From: a virus
Strand: one strand, 5' to 3'
Virus record (IMG/VR): IMGVR_UViG_3300026488_000015
Coordinates: 32,001-96,000 of that record
DNA length: 64,000 bases
Shown here: positions 1 through 11,400 of the stretch, piece by piece
How the letters are laid out: each line of letters begins with the position of its first letter
Position numbering within the stretch: the first letter of the stretch is position 1
Translations under genes and position numbers: made by a program
The notes under the pieces: generated by a model
What the model saw: the letters and a program-made list of their open reading frames with translations, nothing else
What the model was told of the DNA's origin: nothing
Database searches by the model: none

Positions 1-359
1 CAGCTGAATAAGAACATATTATCGTATATTATTTTTGTTTCATTTATCTTGTTTACGGCACCATCAGTAAATAGAATATTGTTACAAAGCACCACGAGGG
101 GTTGCCTACTGAAAACAATTTTATCTGTTATTTGTTTAATTTCGTTATCAGTAAAATTGTATTTGCTTTTGATAGCTACTACATATTCTTCTAATGTTAT
201 TTTCTCTGCATTTAATATGCAAACATTGAAGTGGTCTTTCAGTAGCCAAAAGTACTCGATGACTTCAAAAGTGTGACCACATATACCTTGGTCGTTGTTT
301 TTGTGCCAAGAATATGTCAATACTAAATCGTATTGTTTCAGATTTATTATCTTGCTCAT
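1..359 (-). CDS. GT-B-like protein, paralog 3 (partial, runs off window edge; not in ORF track)
   Basis: Manual translation MSKIINLKQYDLVLTYSWHKNNDQGICGHTFEVIEYFWLLKD...IKSKYN..., open to base 1; GHTFEVIEYF and KSKYN match GTLFYAMEYF/SAKYN and GILFYCIEHF/KEKYD of the next two ORFs. Confidence 0.6.
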   Translation of the reverse strand, partial: MSKIINLKQYDLVLTYSWHKNNDQGICGHTFEVIEYFWLLKDHFNVCILNAEKITLEEYVVAIKSKYNFTDNEIKQITDKIVFSRQPLVVLCNNILFTDGAVNKINETKIIYDNMFLFS

Positions 360-367
360 CTAGTTCC

Positions 368-1147
368 TTAATACGCTATAAAATCTTTTGTCACCTTGTA
401 CTCAGCATCTATTTGGAAGATACTAGCACCCATTTCCATACAAGCTGTATACCGTTCATTGACTGAATCGTTTGTGTCTTCAGCATTGAGGACAACGAGG
501 CTATTACCAAAATAGAATGCTTCAGGAATTATTCTGTTATTTCGTTCAAGATGCCTAGTGTGGTAGTAGATTATTTCTTTAAAATTGAAAATATCCAAAT
601 CTTTATTGAAATCTTTGTACACGACATCATATTTTGCTACTTCTTCTATTGTGCTTTTATCGATAGAACCAATACCAAGAGCTAGATGAGAACAAAAGGT
701 CTTATCTAGGTGTGGTGTCTTAGGTTTCATAAATTGAAAACCTATTTTAAATCGTTCTTTAATATTAAACTTTTGATAATCGTAAAAACCATATACAGAA
801 TCTTGCTCTCTAGCATTATGGTCACCATCATTAGAATACAGAAAAATTTTATCTATCTTCTGTGTAAAGTTTTGTATTTTATTATAAGTAAAGGTATCGA
901 GTACTAATGCCTTTTTTGTTACACTCTTAAGCAAATCGATAGGCTTTATCTTTACTACATTATCAAGATTTATTATATCATACTTTTCCTTAATAATACC
1001 TTTAATGACATCTATATCACCATCAAAAATGACGCATAACTGTACATCTTCGTACTTGGAAATATATAAGAAATGTTCTATACAGTAAAATAATATACCA
1101 GTCATAATGAGGTTTGGGTTTACATAGATTATAATTTTTGAATTCAT
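368..1147 (-). CDS. Putative glycosyltransferase-like (GT-B) protein, paralog 2
   Basis: C-terminal ERNNRIIPEAFYFG is an EX7E-type motif; clear paralog of 1149-1868. Confidence 0.5.
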   Translation of the reverse strand: MNSKIIIYVNPNLIMTGILFYCIEHFLYISKYEDVQLCVIFDGDIDVIKGIIKEKYDIINLDNVVKIKPIDLLKSVTKKALVLDTFTYNKIQNFTQKIDKIFLYSNDGDHNAREQDSVYGFYDYQKFNIKERFKIGFQFMKPKTPHLDKTFCSHLALGIGSIDKSTIEEVAKYDVVYKDFNKDLDIFNFKEIIYYHTRHLERNNRIIPEAFYFGNSLVVLNAEDTNDSVNERYTACMEMGASIFQIDAEYKVTKDFIAY

Positions 1148-1148
1148 A

Positions 1149-1868
1149 CTAATCCTTAAGGAAATCTTGTATCATTGAATCGCTAGCATCTAAGATGAAT
1201 TCTTCTATCGGGGATTGTAACCTATCTTGAATGCTATCATCAAAATCTAGTTTATTGTCTATTATTAGTTCTTTGTTGAAATATCTTGCTTCAATAACAA
1301 ATCTATTATTAGTATCAAAACCATTATGTACATACTTCCAAGTTTTGTATTCCATCAAATTCATAAAGGTATTAGGTTTTTTTGCGTCCTCTCCATTTAT
1401 TTTATGCATATCTAAAGATGAACGAAAAACCTCATATTTTTCTTCATATTTCTTATGGTATTTTAGCCCTAATTTTAGTCGCTCTCTTCTGTTGAATTTT
1501 TGATAATTATAATACCCGTAAGTGTTTGTAGATACCTCATTATTACCGTTTTCAGAATACAAGAAAATACTATATCTGATTAATGGTTTACATTTAATAT
1601 AGGTATTGGTATCTAATATCAAAACTTTGTCGTTTATTATTTTAAGTAGGTTTGTGTAATTTGAAAATATTATGAATTCGTTTAGTTTTTTATCGTAGTT
1701 ATACTTGGCACTAAACACTTCCATAATTTTACTGAAAGTGGCTTCATCAGTTCTCAATATAAGTTGAGTAGGTTCTATCTCGTTAAGAACCAAAAAGTAC
1801 TCCATAGCATAGAAAAGTGTACCGTTAATGATTTTTTTAGGCATTACATAATATAGTACACTTTTCAC
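1149..1868 (-). CDS. Putative glycosyltransferase-like (GT-B) protein, paralog 1
   Basis: DTNNRFVIEARYFNKELII (D/EX7E-like); shares LDT, YGYY.YQKFN..ER.K.G blocks with 368-1147. Confidence 0.5.
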   Translation of the reverse strand: MKSVLYYVMPKKIINGTLFYAMEYFLVLNEIEPTQLILRTDEATFSKIMEVFSAKYNYDKKLNEFIIFSNYTNLLKIINDKVLILDTNTYIKCKPLIRYSIFLYSENGNNEVSTNTYGYYNYQKFNRRERLKLGLKYHKKYEEKYEVFRSSLDMHKINGEDAKKPNTFMNLMEYKTWKYVHNGFDTNNRFVIEARYFNKELIIDNKLDFDDSIQDRLQSPIEEFILDASDSMIQDFLKD

Positions 1869-1876
1869 AAAAACTC

Positions 1877-2485
1877 TTATCTATTCATTTTATCGTAAGC
1901 AATATAAAAATCACCGAGAATTTTATCAACCTCTTCTGTATCTTTTGCATTAATGATTTTCTTCACAAAATCAGCACACATATTCCCAAAGTCAATAGAT
2001 GTAGTTACTTTATCTAAGAGTATTAAGTAGCTTTCTAGTTTTTCTATGATTGCTTCATCATCTTTTTCAATAATTTCAATATATTTTTCTTCACGATTAC
2101 TATTAGTGATTACAAACCCTTCGGCAGTAAGTTCATTGTTTAAAACAGTAAAAGAAACAATATCTAAAGATGTCATATTTGCCATATTATATGACATCTT
2201 CTTATTTACTCTCATCATATTAATTTTCTTATATACTTCAAATTCATCTACTGCTTCATCAGAAATATTAATATCCCCTGGAAGTGCTTCATCAGTTATC
2301 ATTTCTTTATTAATAGTGATGGTCTTCCCTTCTGAAAGACCATCACTAATCAACTGATAACTATTATAAGAAAGCTTAATAACTTTATCCTCTCTATTTG
2401 CTAAACCGTCAAACGAACTTTTAGTAGTACCAGTCACTAAATAATGAGTACCTCTATCTTCTACTATTGCTAATTCAAATATCAT
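1877..2485 (-). CDS. Hypothetical protein, possibly a fibre chaperone
   Basis: 202-aa ORF with SD; C-terminal IINAKDTEEVDKI resembles ISTAVDVEEVLSY of the DUF4376-like ORF at 21331. Confidence 0.4.
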   Translation of the reverse strand: MIFELAIVEDRGTHYLVTGTTKSSFDGLANREDKVIKLSYNSYQLISDGLSEGKTITINKEMITDEALPGDINISDEAVDEFEVYKKINMMRVNKKMSYNMANMTSLDIVSFTVLNNELTAEGFVITNSNREEKYIEIIEKDDEAIIEKLESYLILLDKVTTSIDFGNMCADFVKKIINAKDTEEVDKILGDFYIAYDKMNR

Positions 2486-2509
2486 TTTAAATCTCCTTTA
2501 ATTTTATTT

Positions 2510-3010
2510 TTATGCATAGTTACAACCACAATTACCGTGACAAGTACACACGCTGTGGCCGCCGCAGTCACTATTACATATACAATCAGTTCTAAGCGAA
2601 TTGTATAATGCTAACATATCTGATGCTAATTTACTTGCATAAACAATGCTACCAGCAGAGACGGCACCAGTCGAACCGTGCCCTGTGCCGTTTAAATCAA
2701 CAATCAATTTATTAAAATCGTTTGCATAAACAGTATCACCTACAGCGATTCCCGCTGTAGCAGTTGTACTAAAATTATAGTTACCATTCTGATTCCATCT
2801 AGCAATTTCATTAATTGTGTTTGCTCTTAATAATTCTAAATCTGATGCGTTAATTATATTCCCAGCAGTTGCATTTGATAATGCAACTACTCTATTAGAA
2901 GCACAAGATGCTCTATTATACGAGCAACTATCAGTAGTACAATTACTAGTACAATGCGAAGGAGTACACCACCCCGTAGATGTTGCCGCCGTCCCTGAAC
3001 CTACTGCCAT
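2510..3010 (-). CDS. Cys-rich protein, candidate radical SAM substrate or small fibre protein
   Basis: 12 Cys in two terminal clusters around three G..I/V.A.D/K..L repeats; directly downstream of a rSAM gene. Confidence 0.65.
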   Translation of the reverse strand: MAVGSGTAATSTGWCTPSHCTSNCTTDSCSYNRASCASNRVVALSNATAGNIINASDLELLRANTINEIARWNQNGNYNFSTTATAGIAVGDTVYANDFNKLIVDLNGTGHGSTGAVSAGSIVYASKLASDMLALYNSLRTDCICNSDCGGHSVCTCHGNCGCNYA

Positions 3011-3011
3011 A

Positions 3012-4130
3012 TTATTTTCCTCCTAAAAGTTGCGAGAGAGCTCTATCTACTTTTCCAAACGCTTGATAGTAACCACATAAACCGTGAACTTGGTTATCTA
3101 ACCATTTATCTTCGTAAGAATCCTTTTGTGAAGCAGCATAAGATGAAGTAGGACAAACAAAACAAGTAGTTGCTACACAACTTTTGCATTGCTCGTTTGT
3201 CTTAGCTATCATCTTACTAAACTTCTCTCTATCTAACTTATTTATATCACCGTCAAGCGATAAAAGTTTGTGGTTCTCTTTATCATCAAGATATAAAGCA
3301 CCGTGGCACGGGTAGAAATTACCATCTGTGTCAAGTATAGTCATATTCTTACCAGAAGAACAAGTAAATCTAGTATCATCTCCTCTGTACCAACTGAATA
3401 GCATATGACCAAATTCTGAATAAAAGTCTAATTCTAGTGCACTTATTTCTCTAATTGCTTGTTCAAAATAAGGCAAATAAGTATTAGGGTCTTGAAGTTT
3501 TGTATGGTAATCAAGAGTAGGTGAATATCTAACATAGGTCGTTTCGCTATCATATTTTCTTTTTAAATCTCTAAATTCTTTCCATACAGTAACCATATTA
3601 TGCACCTCAGATAAAGGGAGTGTGCTTTTTAGGCTTAATGATTTTAGTCCTGCTTTACTCAACCAATCGAAAGTTTTAAGTACTTTATCGGCTGTTGATT
3701 CGCCTTTATGGTCTATACGGAATTTATCGTTAATTATTCTACCATCATACGATACTTGTACTCGTAGCTTAGAAGCATCAACACTATTAATGAATTTTTC
3801 CATAGTGCTTTGGTTAAAAGCATTAGTATATAAGTGATAATCAATATTATCATAATCGTGGAAATAGTTCATAAGCTCAGTCATAACATAGTTATTAAGA
3901 GTAGGTTCTCCACCCCAAAAATCTACACCAAGAGTATCATATTCTGCTTTAAACCAATCAGACGCTAAGGTTTCTTTAATTTTTTCTATATATTGAGGTA
4001 TATTTTGGTTTACTTGTTTATTATCAACAGCTTTTTCACCTTCAAAACAATATGTACAAGCCATATCGCAAGTCGTTACTGTGGTAATTTCAAAATTGAA
4101 CCCTCCTTTTGTCTGTATTCTATCACTCAT
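3012..4130 (-). CDS. Radical SAM/SPASM-domain protein
   Basis: CDMACTYC, WGGEPTL, YTN, VSYDG, SPASM CSSG...DGNFYPCH...CKSC...C..C...C. Confidence 0.93.
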   Translation of the reverse strand: MSDRIQTKGGFNFEITTVTTCDMACTYCFEGEKAVDNKQVNQNIPQYIEKIKETLASDWFKAEYDTLGVDFWGGEPTLNNYVMTELMNYFHDYDNIDYHLYTNAFNQSTMEKFINSVDASKLRVQVSYDGRIINDKFRIDHKGESTADKVLKTFDWLSKAGLKSLSLKSTLPLSEVHNMVTVWKEFRDLKRKYDSETTYVRYSPTLDYHTKLQDPNTYLPYFEQAIREISALELDFYSEFGHMLFSWYRGDDTRFTCSSGKNMTILDTDGNFYPCHGALYLDDKENHKLLSLDGDINKLDREKFSKMIAKTNEQCKSCVATTCFVCPTSSYAASQKDSYEDKWLDNQVHGLCGYYQAFGKVDRALSQLLGGK

Positions 4131-4402
4131 TACATTTTCCCTTTCATTGATAGAATATCATCTATTATGGTTTGTAATTCAGCTTCTTCCATTTTATCTG
4201 CTTCAAGTTTTATCTCTTCTAGCATTTTATTACCCATATCCGCCAATATTGCACTCATTTCAGTAGATACTGGTAGCAACTCTACTGATGCCTCCATCAG
4301 TTTTGTAGAAGCCGCAAATAGATGAGCGTTTCTATCATTCTTAGATAAGATAATTTTCTCTACTCTATTAGCAGAATTCTCGTTTAGTGTTTTATTAATC
4401 AT
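4130..4402 (-). CDS. Hypothetical helical protein between the two rSAM genes
   Basis: 90-aa ORF, stop overlaps start of 3012-4130, SD AAGGA. Confidence 0.6.
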   Translation of the reverse strand: MINKTLNENSANRVEKIILSKNDRNAHLFAASTKLMEASVELLPVSTEMSAILADMGNKMLEEIKLEADKMEEAELQTIIDDILSMKGKM

Positions 4403-4411
4403 TATGTTCCT

Positions 4412-5368
4412 TTAAACCCAGCTAACTAAATCAGCAATGAGGTCTTTATTTAATTTATTTATATTGCCTACAAGTATACCGTAGATAAACACATACATTT
4501 CGCATAGATATTCTATCGGTTTTTGGTTTTCTAGCTGTTGTATCAGACAACCTTTCTCGCAATATTGGTTTACGCTACAACTCTTACAGAAATCTTGTAT
4601 TGTTTCTGAATTTACTTGCGAATTAAAAATATCTTCTTTATCAAAATATCTGTAACAACTAAAAAATTTATTATCGTGAAATGCTAGAACAGTATCCCCA
4701 GCACCACAATCTTTTGGTGAGTATCCTTTTTTATGGTATCTAAGTATATGAGTTAAAAAATGAATGAAAAATGCTGGTATAGTATTTGTTGATGTAGCAT
4801 AATCCATTAATCCAGAAATATCTTCTTTGGCTTGCTCTATATTATCTTTATGCCATATACCGATATCCCTGACAATAGTAATCCCAGGATTAACTCCAAA
4901 CATATTGTACAATAATTTATGATTATCTTTCAACCCAAACATTGTACCATTCCACATAGCGTGTATTTTCAAATCATCGATAGTTCTAATAAGCTCTATT
5001 AAAGCCGGATGGAAGTCTTTTCCTCGCTCTGATTGCCAAATACCATCGTGAGATACAGAAACAGTCACTTTATTGTCGTTGAATATTTTGATTATGCCCG
5101 GTGCTAGTAGCAACCCATTAGTCATAATATTAGTTTTGAACCCATTACTATTACTGTACTCTATGAATTGTATGACTAAAGGCATTTGCATTAAAGGTTC
5201 TCCGCCCATAATATCAAAAATGTAATTTTCGTTTTCCTCGTATATATCTTCAAATTCTTTCTTAAATGTATCGAATGATATTTTTTCCGTTGATTTTTTG
5301 TCTATTATATAACAGTAAGAGCAGTCTAAATTGCACCCTTCTGATAATATCAGCGATATATGCTTCAT
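4412..5368 (-). CDS. Radical SAM/SPASM-domain protein
   Basis: CNLDCSYC, MGGEPL, TNG, VSHDG, CGAG...SCYRY...CKSC...C..GC. Confidence 0.93.
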   Translation of the reverse strand: MKHISLILSEGCNLDCSYCYIIDKKSTEKISFDTFKKEFEDIYEENENYIFDIMGGEPLMQMPLVIQFIEYSNSNGFKTNIMTNGLLLAPGIIKIFNDNKVTVSVSHDGIWQSERGKDFHPALIELIRTIDDLKIHAMWNGTMFGLKDNHKLLYNMFGVNPGITIVRDIGIWHKDNIEQAKEDISGLMDYATSTNTIPAFFIHFLTHILRYHKKGYSPKDCGAGDTVLAFHDNKFFSCYRYFDKEDIFNSQVNSETIQDFCKSCSVNQYCEKGCLIQQLENQKPIEYLCEMYVFIYGILVGNINKLNKDLIADLVSWV

Positions 5369-5427
5369 AAAATTCCTTTCCTCTTCATCAGAGCCGTTGA
5401 GTGGTTTATCTATCCTTTATTTACAGT

Positions 5428-5449
5428 ATTATAACATAAGAGCACTTAA
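5428..5449 (-). promoter_or_regulatory. Early/host sigma70-type promoter TTAAG-N6-TATGTTATAAT for the rSAM operon
   Basis: Same motif recurs at 38700, 55824, 56742, 59085, 59502, 60303, 62454, 62706; extended -10 TGnTATAAT. Confidence 0.75.
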
Positions 5450-5464
5450 AATACTCTTAAATTT

Positions 5465-8400
5465 CTAAACTTTTACTGTTACTGTTCCATCGATTGAATC
5501 TTCTAAACAAATTCCGATTAATCTTTTTGATTCGTTGAAGTCGTAATCATCAACACCATAACCTTTACCATCTTTTCCAGCTAGCAAATATTGACCTTTC
5601 TTGGCTTCTGTTACAAAACAAGGAATCTTTCCTTTAAGTGCTATTGCTAAGTAAAGTTCATTTTCTGCTATCTCATCAGTATTATTCATTAGTAACGCAG
5701 GGTCAGTAGAAACAACTCCTGCTAGTTTCATACCTTCTTCGTACATAGTGATTTCATTATCCCCGCCGATACCCATTACAGTACCTGGAACCTGAACTTC
5801 ATCACTAAAGTAGTTTTCTGCTACATCGGCATATCTAGCAGATGTAGCAGTTAAGTAAGCTTTACCGTTTGAACCGTTTAAGAATATTCTTGCATCACCA
5901 TCAGAAGCAACATACATACCCCAACCCGCACCAGTTTGAGAACCGATGAACGAAGCAGATGCATCAGTAAAACCTATACCGTACATATTACCTAATGATG
6001 CATCTGAAGGGTTATAACTAGAACCGATAGTATAAATTGGGTTAGATTTAAGACTATTACCACCAACATTATTATAAGAACCTTCTAAGTGACCAGTGTG
6101 GTGATTATGTCTAGCATAAGTAACAGCTTTTACTCTATTTGAGAATGTAGCATACTCATCAACTTGTAAAGTACCTTCGATTTTGGTATTTTTACCATTG
6201 TCGCTTAATGTTACAACACCTCTAATTCTTGTAGTATCAGTCGTAGCGTTACCAAGAGTTGTATTACCTGAAACAGAAAGATTCGATTGTACATATAATG
6301 AACCACTATTAAGTGACATTCTAGTTATATCTGCTGAACTACCTGATTTAGTTACCCAAGCAAAGTTTTCGTTCCCGTTATCTCCAGTTCTAAATTCTAG
6401 TCTATTATTCGATGCAGAATCAGTAGTCGTAATGAACTTGATACTAGCTGTATCAGTTACAGAACTCCAATAAATACCTTCACCTGATGAGTTGAATTGG
6501 ACTGTACCTTCTACTGTTACACCAGAACTATTAGTAGCTAGTTTTTCTACGCCATTATTGTATAAATGAACACCAGCATTTTGGTCACACCAAATAGCGT
6601 TTTCTGAAGAACTATTTCTAAGTATTAAATCTCCACCAGTACTTTGGATATATAAGTTACCAGTACCTTGTTCTTCAATATAAGAGTGGCTACCTGAGTG
6701 GTAAATATCTAAATCAGAACTGTTACCTAAGTATAAGTGCTTATTATCATCGAATCTCATATCAGCTTGTACAGTTGTAGTGGCTTTAATTGTTAAAGCA
6801 TCACCCGTTGAGTCACCTAGTGTAGTATCGTTATATACTAATAAAGAAGTTAAATTAATATGATTCATTCTTGAAGTACCAGCAAAGTTACCGTAGTAAC
6901 CCGTAATATCTGAATCATAATAAATTGGTGCATAAACTGAAGTACCAACATATAATTTCTTAGCTATAGCAACACCACCTCTGAATCTTGCTCCTGCAAC
7001 AGTAGTACTACTTGCATCTAAAATACTTAAAAAGTCTGTATTATTATTTGTGTAAAATATTCTCATTGCTTCATAAGCAGGTATTCCAGTCGTTGTACTA
7101 AGTGAACCCATACCGATGTGACCGTAACCATCGCCAGTATAAGTCATACTTATAGAAGCACCAGCACTTTCACCTAATGTGATACCTGCTGATTGCTCGA
7201 TTGTACCTTCACTTGAAGAATCTAATGTAATCCAAGGTCTATTTTTTGTAATATTAATATCACCTTTAGTATCAAGTGCACCATCTCCATATACTCTGAA
7301 TCTAGTATTAGCTGATGTAGTTAGAGAAGCTGATGTATTAGCTCTTAAATCCATAAGAACATCTGAACCAGATACCCCCTTACCTTCTCCATCCATTTCT
7401 AGTACGATTCCGTAAGAATCGCTAACATCTACTTTATGTGAGATATAAAGTGAAGGACTTGCAGATGCACTAACATCGCTAATTGTCATTTTACCATTAA
7501 CAGTAGCACCAGTACTAGTAGTTTCAAATCTTTGAGAACCGTTGTAGTATAAATGAACACCTTCGTTTTGGTCACACCAGATTGCATTCTCTGTCGTTGA
7601 TGTTCTAAGATATAAATCACCTGAAGTACTTCTAATGTACATACTTCCAGTACCTTGGTCTTCAATGAAAGAATTTGAACCATCGTGGTAGATGTCTAAA
7701 TCTTTACCTGAACCGAAGTATAAGTGGTCGTTATCAGTAAATCTCATATCAGCTGTAACAGTTGTAGTAGCATTAATCGTTAATGTATCACTTGTACTAT
7801 TTCCAAGAATATTATTACCATTAAATGTTCCATTACCCGTTACTGTAAGATTACTACCAAATGATACTGATTGAGCAACATCTAATGAACCATTAATAAC
7901 AGTAGCTCTACCAGTGTCACTTAAAGTAACAGTACCTCTGATTCTTGTAATGTCTGCTGAACTATCACCTAGTGTAGTTGTTCCTAGAACATATAAAGAA
8001 CTTTTTAACTTAGTTGCTTCATCTACATCTAATGTACCTTCAACTCTCGTTAATTTACCATTATCAGATAATGTAACAGTACCTCTAATTCTTGTAGTAT
8101 CAGTCACAGCATTACCAAGAGTCGTGTTACCTAGAACATATAGTGTGTTGTTGAGCGTTGTCGCGCCTGTCACTGCTAGAGTACTTAAAAGTCTTGTCGC
8201 GCCCGTTACATCTAATGTCTTAGCGAAATCTACATCACCACCAACATTTAGTCTTCTAGCGATTCCTACTCCACCCTTAATAGCTAATGAACCACTATTA
8301 TAATTTGAACTATCCAAAGTACTTCTGAATTCTAAAGTTCCTTCAGTTGAACCATCTTGGACATCGATATAGCTAGTATTATTACCATCGATACCTTGTT

Positions 8401-11400
8401 TGAAGTAAACTAACCCACCATCTTGCGACATTTCGATAGCAACATTATCGCTCTCATCTACATTATCTGTGTCGCTTTGTAATCTGATAACCAAATCACC
8501 TTTTGCTTTCACATCATATAAGAAATTATCTGTAATGATTGTTTCTGTGTAATTACCACTTGAAGTGATTGTACTTACAATATCATTAACTGTTGTAGTG
8601 CTAACAATATCACCTGATACTGCAGTAGCTCTAGTAATATTTGTAGCATTAATAGTTTCACTAATATTAACAGCATCTAATAGGTATCGGAAATCATCGT
8701 GTGCATCGTATGTTACTTCGATGTCATCATCAGGTGATGTCATACTCCAAATAAAGTTACCGTGACTATCTTCAGCAACTAATTCATTGCTTTTGTTATC
8801 TCTAAGAGTTTTCGTCCAAACTCTCCATACACCAGCAATCTTTTGTCTTACCCAAATATTGTTAGAAGCATCATTCATTGCATAAGCAACTTGTGTACCA
8901 TAAGTATCACTATTTGTGTGCATCATCGTTACAACGAATGCCCAAGCACCTAAATCATCTGGTTCATTTGTAACTGAACCTTTATCGATATTGTAAACAC
9001 TATTTCTAACGATAGCATCTAAATTACCAGTATATGTTTCGTGTCTTTTGTTCTCTTTGTAACCATCTAAATTCCACTTACTAAGAAGCTCTTCTTGTGT
9101 ACCAGAAATTGTTCTAATAGGTGTTTCATCGTTAAATTCTTTAAGACCAGAGATTAATTCGTGCTCATCAGTCGTAACCATATGAGAATCAATCTCAATA
9201 AGACCATCAACTAAATTCTGTGCTACAAATCTTTCACTAAAATCATCACCTGAATCTGTTGTTTCTTGTAATTTTGAGATTCTACCAATTTCTGCATCGT
9301 GAATATTATGTGCTCTAACTAAATCTTCAGCAGGCGTATTATCATCGTAATATGTCGTAGTCATTGTAGCTAAATCACCGATTTCAAAATCGTGTTCATT
9401 AATACTAGAAACAACATCGATACCCGTTGTTGTTAGTTCATAAATGTTACCAATCTCTAAATCGTGTACATTTAGTGCAGTGATAATATCTTTAGCAATC
9501 TCACCCTGATTAGGGTCAATATCTTCTGTATGCTGTACTGTTAATTCTCTGTAATCACCCTTTTCAACTTCATTGATATTAATTGATTTAACTAAAGAAT
9601 CACCATTAACACCTTCTTGGAAGGCTGGAGAATACATAATAATATCTTCTTTGTCGCCAACATCGATTTCAAGATTGTGTAATCTTAATGAGTTTTCAGC
9701 AGAAACATCTACATATCCGTAATACTCACGGAATTCAATAATCCAACCTTCTTCCATTGTATCAACAAAACGAACACGACGCTCATCTACTTCAATATAA
9801 TCATCATTTTCTCTAAGAATAAGACCGTTTAAGTAAACATCTAATGATTTTCTATCATTTGTATATTTTCTTTGATTGGGTACAGTAATAATCTCACCTT
9901 TCTCTACATCTTCAGGAACCTCGTAATACTCTCTCATACGACCAGTGCTCATTCCAGAGATACCATCTTCATCATATAAGATGCCGTAAGAATAAAGGTA
10001 TGCTGCATCGTGCTCAGGTCTTAATGCTGTATCATTTCTAACAAATCTGAACCACATATTATCTTGTGCAGGGTCTGTTATGATATGCTGTTGATGCTTA
10101 CCATCGTACCAAATACCGTCTGTTCCATCGCTAGAATCGAATGAGTATTGAACATCATAATAAGCACCGTTATTGTTATCATTGATATAAGGGTAAACCA
10201 TATCGTAAAGGTCTGTGTTATCAGGACCAAAGATACTTTCGTTAGTACCAATAATATCACCTTCATTTTGAGCTAAGTATGCAGTTTCTCTTGCAACATA
10301 AACAACTGAACCAGTCGTAAGTGCTGTATAAGGTCTTTCAAAAGTTTCTACATAACATTTACTGAAAGGTGATTGCTGTAAGAAAAACTCATATTCAAGA
10401 GCTTCAGGAATAACACCATCACTTGCTGGATTATCAATATCTATTGCGAATAAAGTATCTGTAACTGCGATACCTGCTTTAACTGCTCCTGGGAATTTAT
10501 CTAATGTGATTCCACCTTTAACAGTAGCATCGATGTAGTAAATGCTACCTACTTCAAATCTTTCACCGACACCAAACATTGAATCAAGTCTAGCAGGAGT
10601 GAATTCTAGTGCTCCAGCAAAAATAATGTAATGCTGTAGTCCCATATTCATATAGAATCCTACTGCGTTTCCAGTTTCTGAACCATCACTAAGTGCTTTT
10701 TCATATAAACCAGTATCTAATTCTTTGTAAACAATATCAAAGTTCACAATATCACCGATTTCAGAACTAACAACTGGAAGACTGAAGAATGTAGCAGAAG
10801 CTTTATTTCTATCTACTGAAACGATTAAGTGTTGAGCATCAACAGCAATACCAACAGAAACAGAAACTTCTGTGTATTCTAGTTGTACTTTACCTTTGTC
10901 TAATTCATCTGTGCTTAAATAGTATTGTTTACCTGGAACTAAAGTCGTATTTGTAACACGAACATAACCATCATAAACGATATAATGTCTTGAATCGTAA
11001 ATCTTGTACATACCAGCAATAACTTCTTCATTAACACCAGAGTTAAAACCTTTCTCGTATTTTCCAGTATCTACATCAAAGAAAACGAAATCAGAATCAG
11101 AAATTGTTCCCACTTTACTTGAAGCGAACTCATAAACACCATTTTCGTGATATTCGTGTCTTTGAATGTCTAAAAGAAGTACACCTGCATCGATACCTCT
11201 ACCAATTTTCATACTTTGTGGTGGAGTTAAATCATCGTATGTTTTATATACGCCTTCTACTGTATCAGAAAGATAATAATCTTGTCCTGCTACGATACCT
11301 GATAATTCGACTAAACCAGCATAAACAATGTAATGTTTACCTTCATATAATTTGTATATACCAACAACTTCAGAAGCATCATCTGTATCAGATATAGCTT

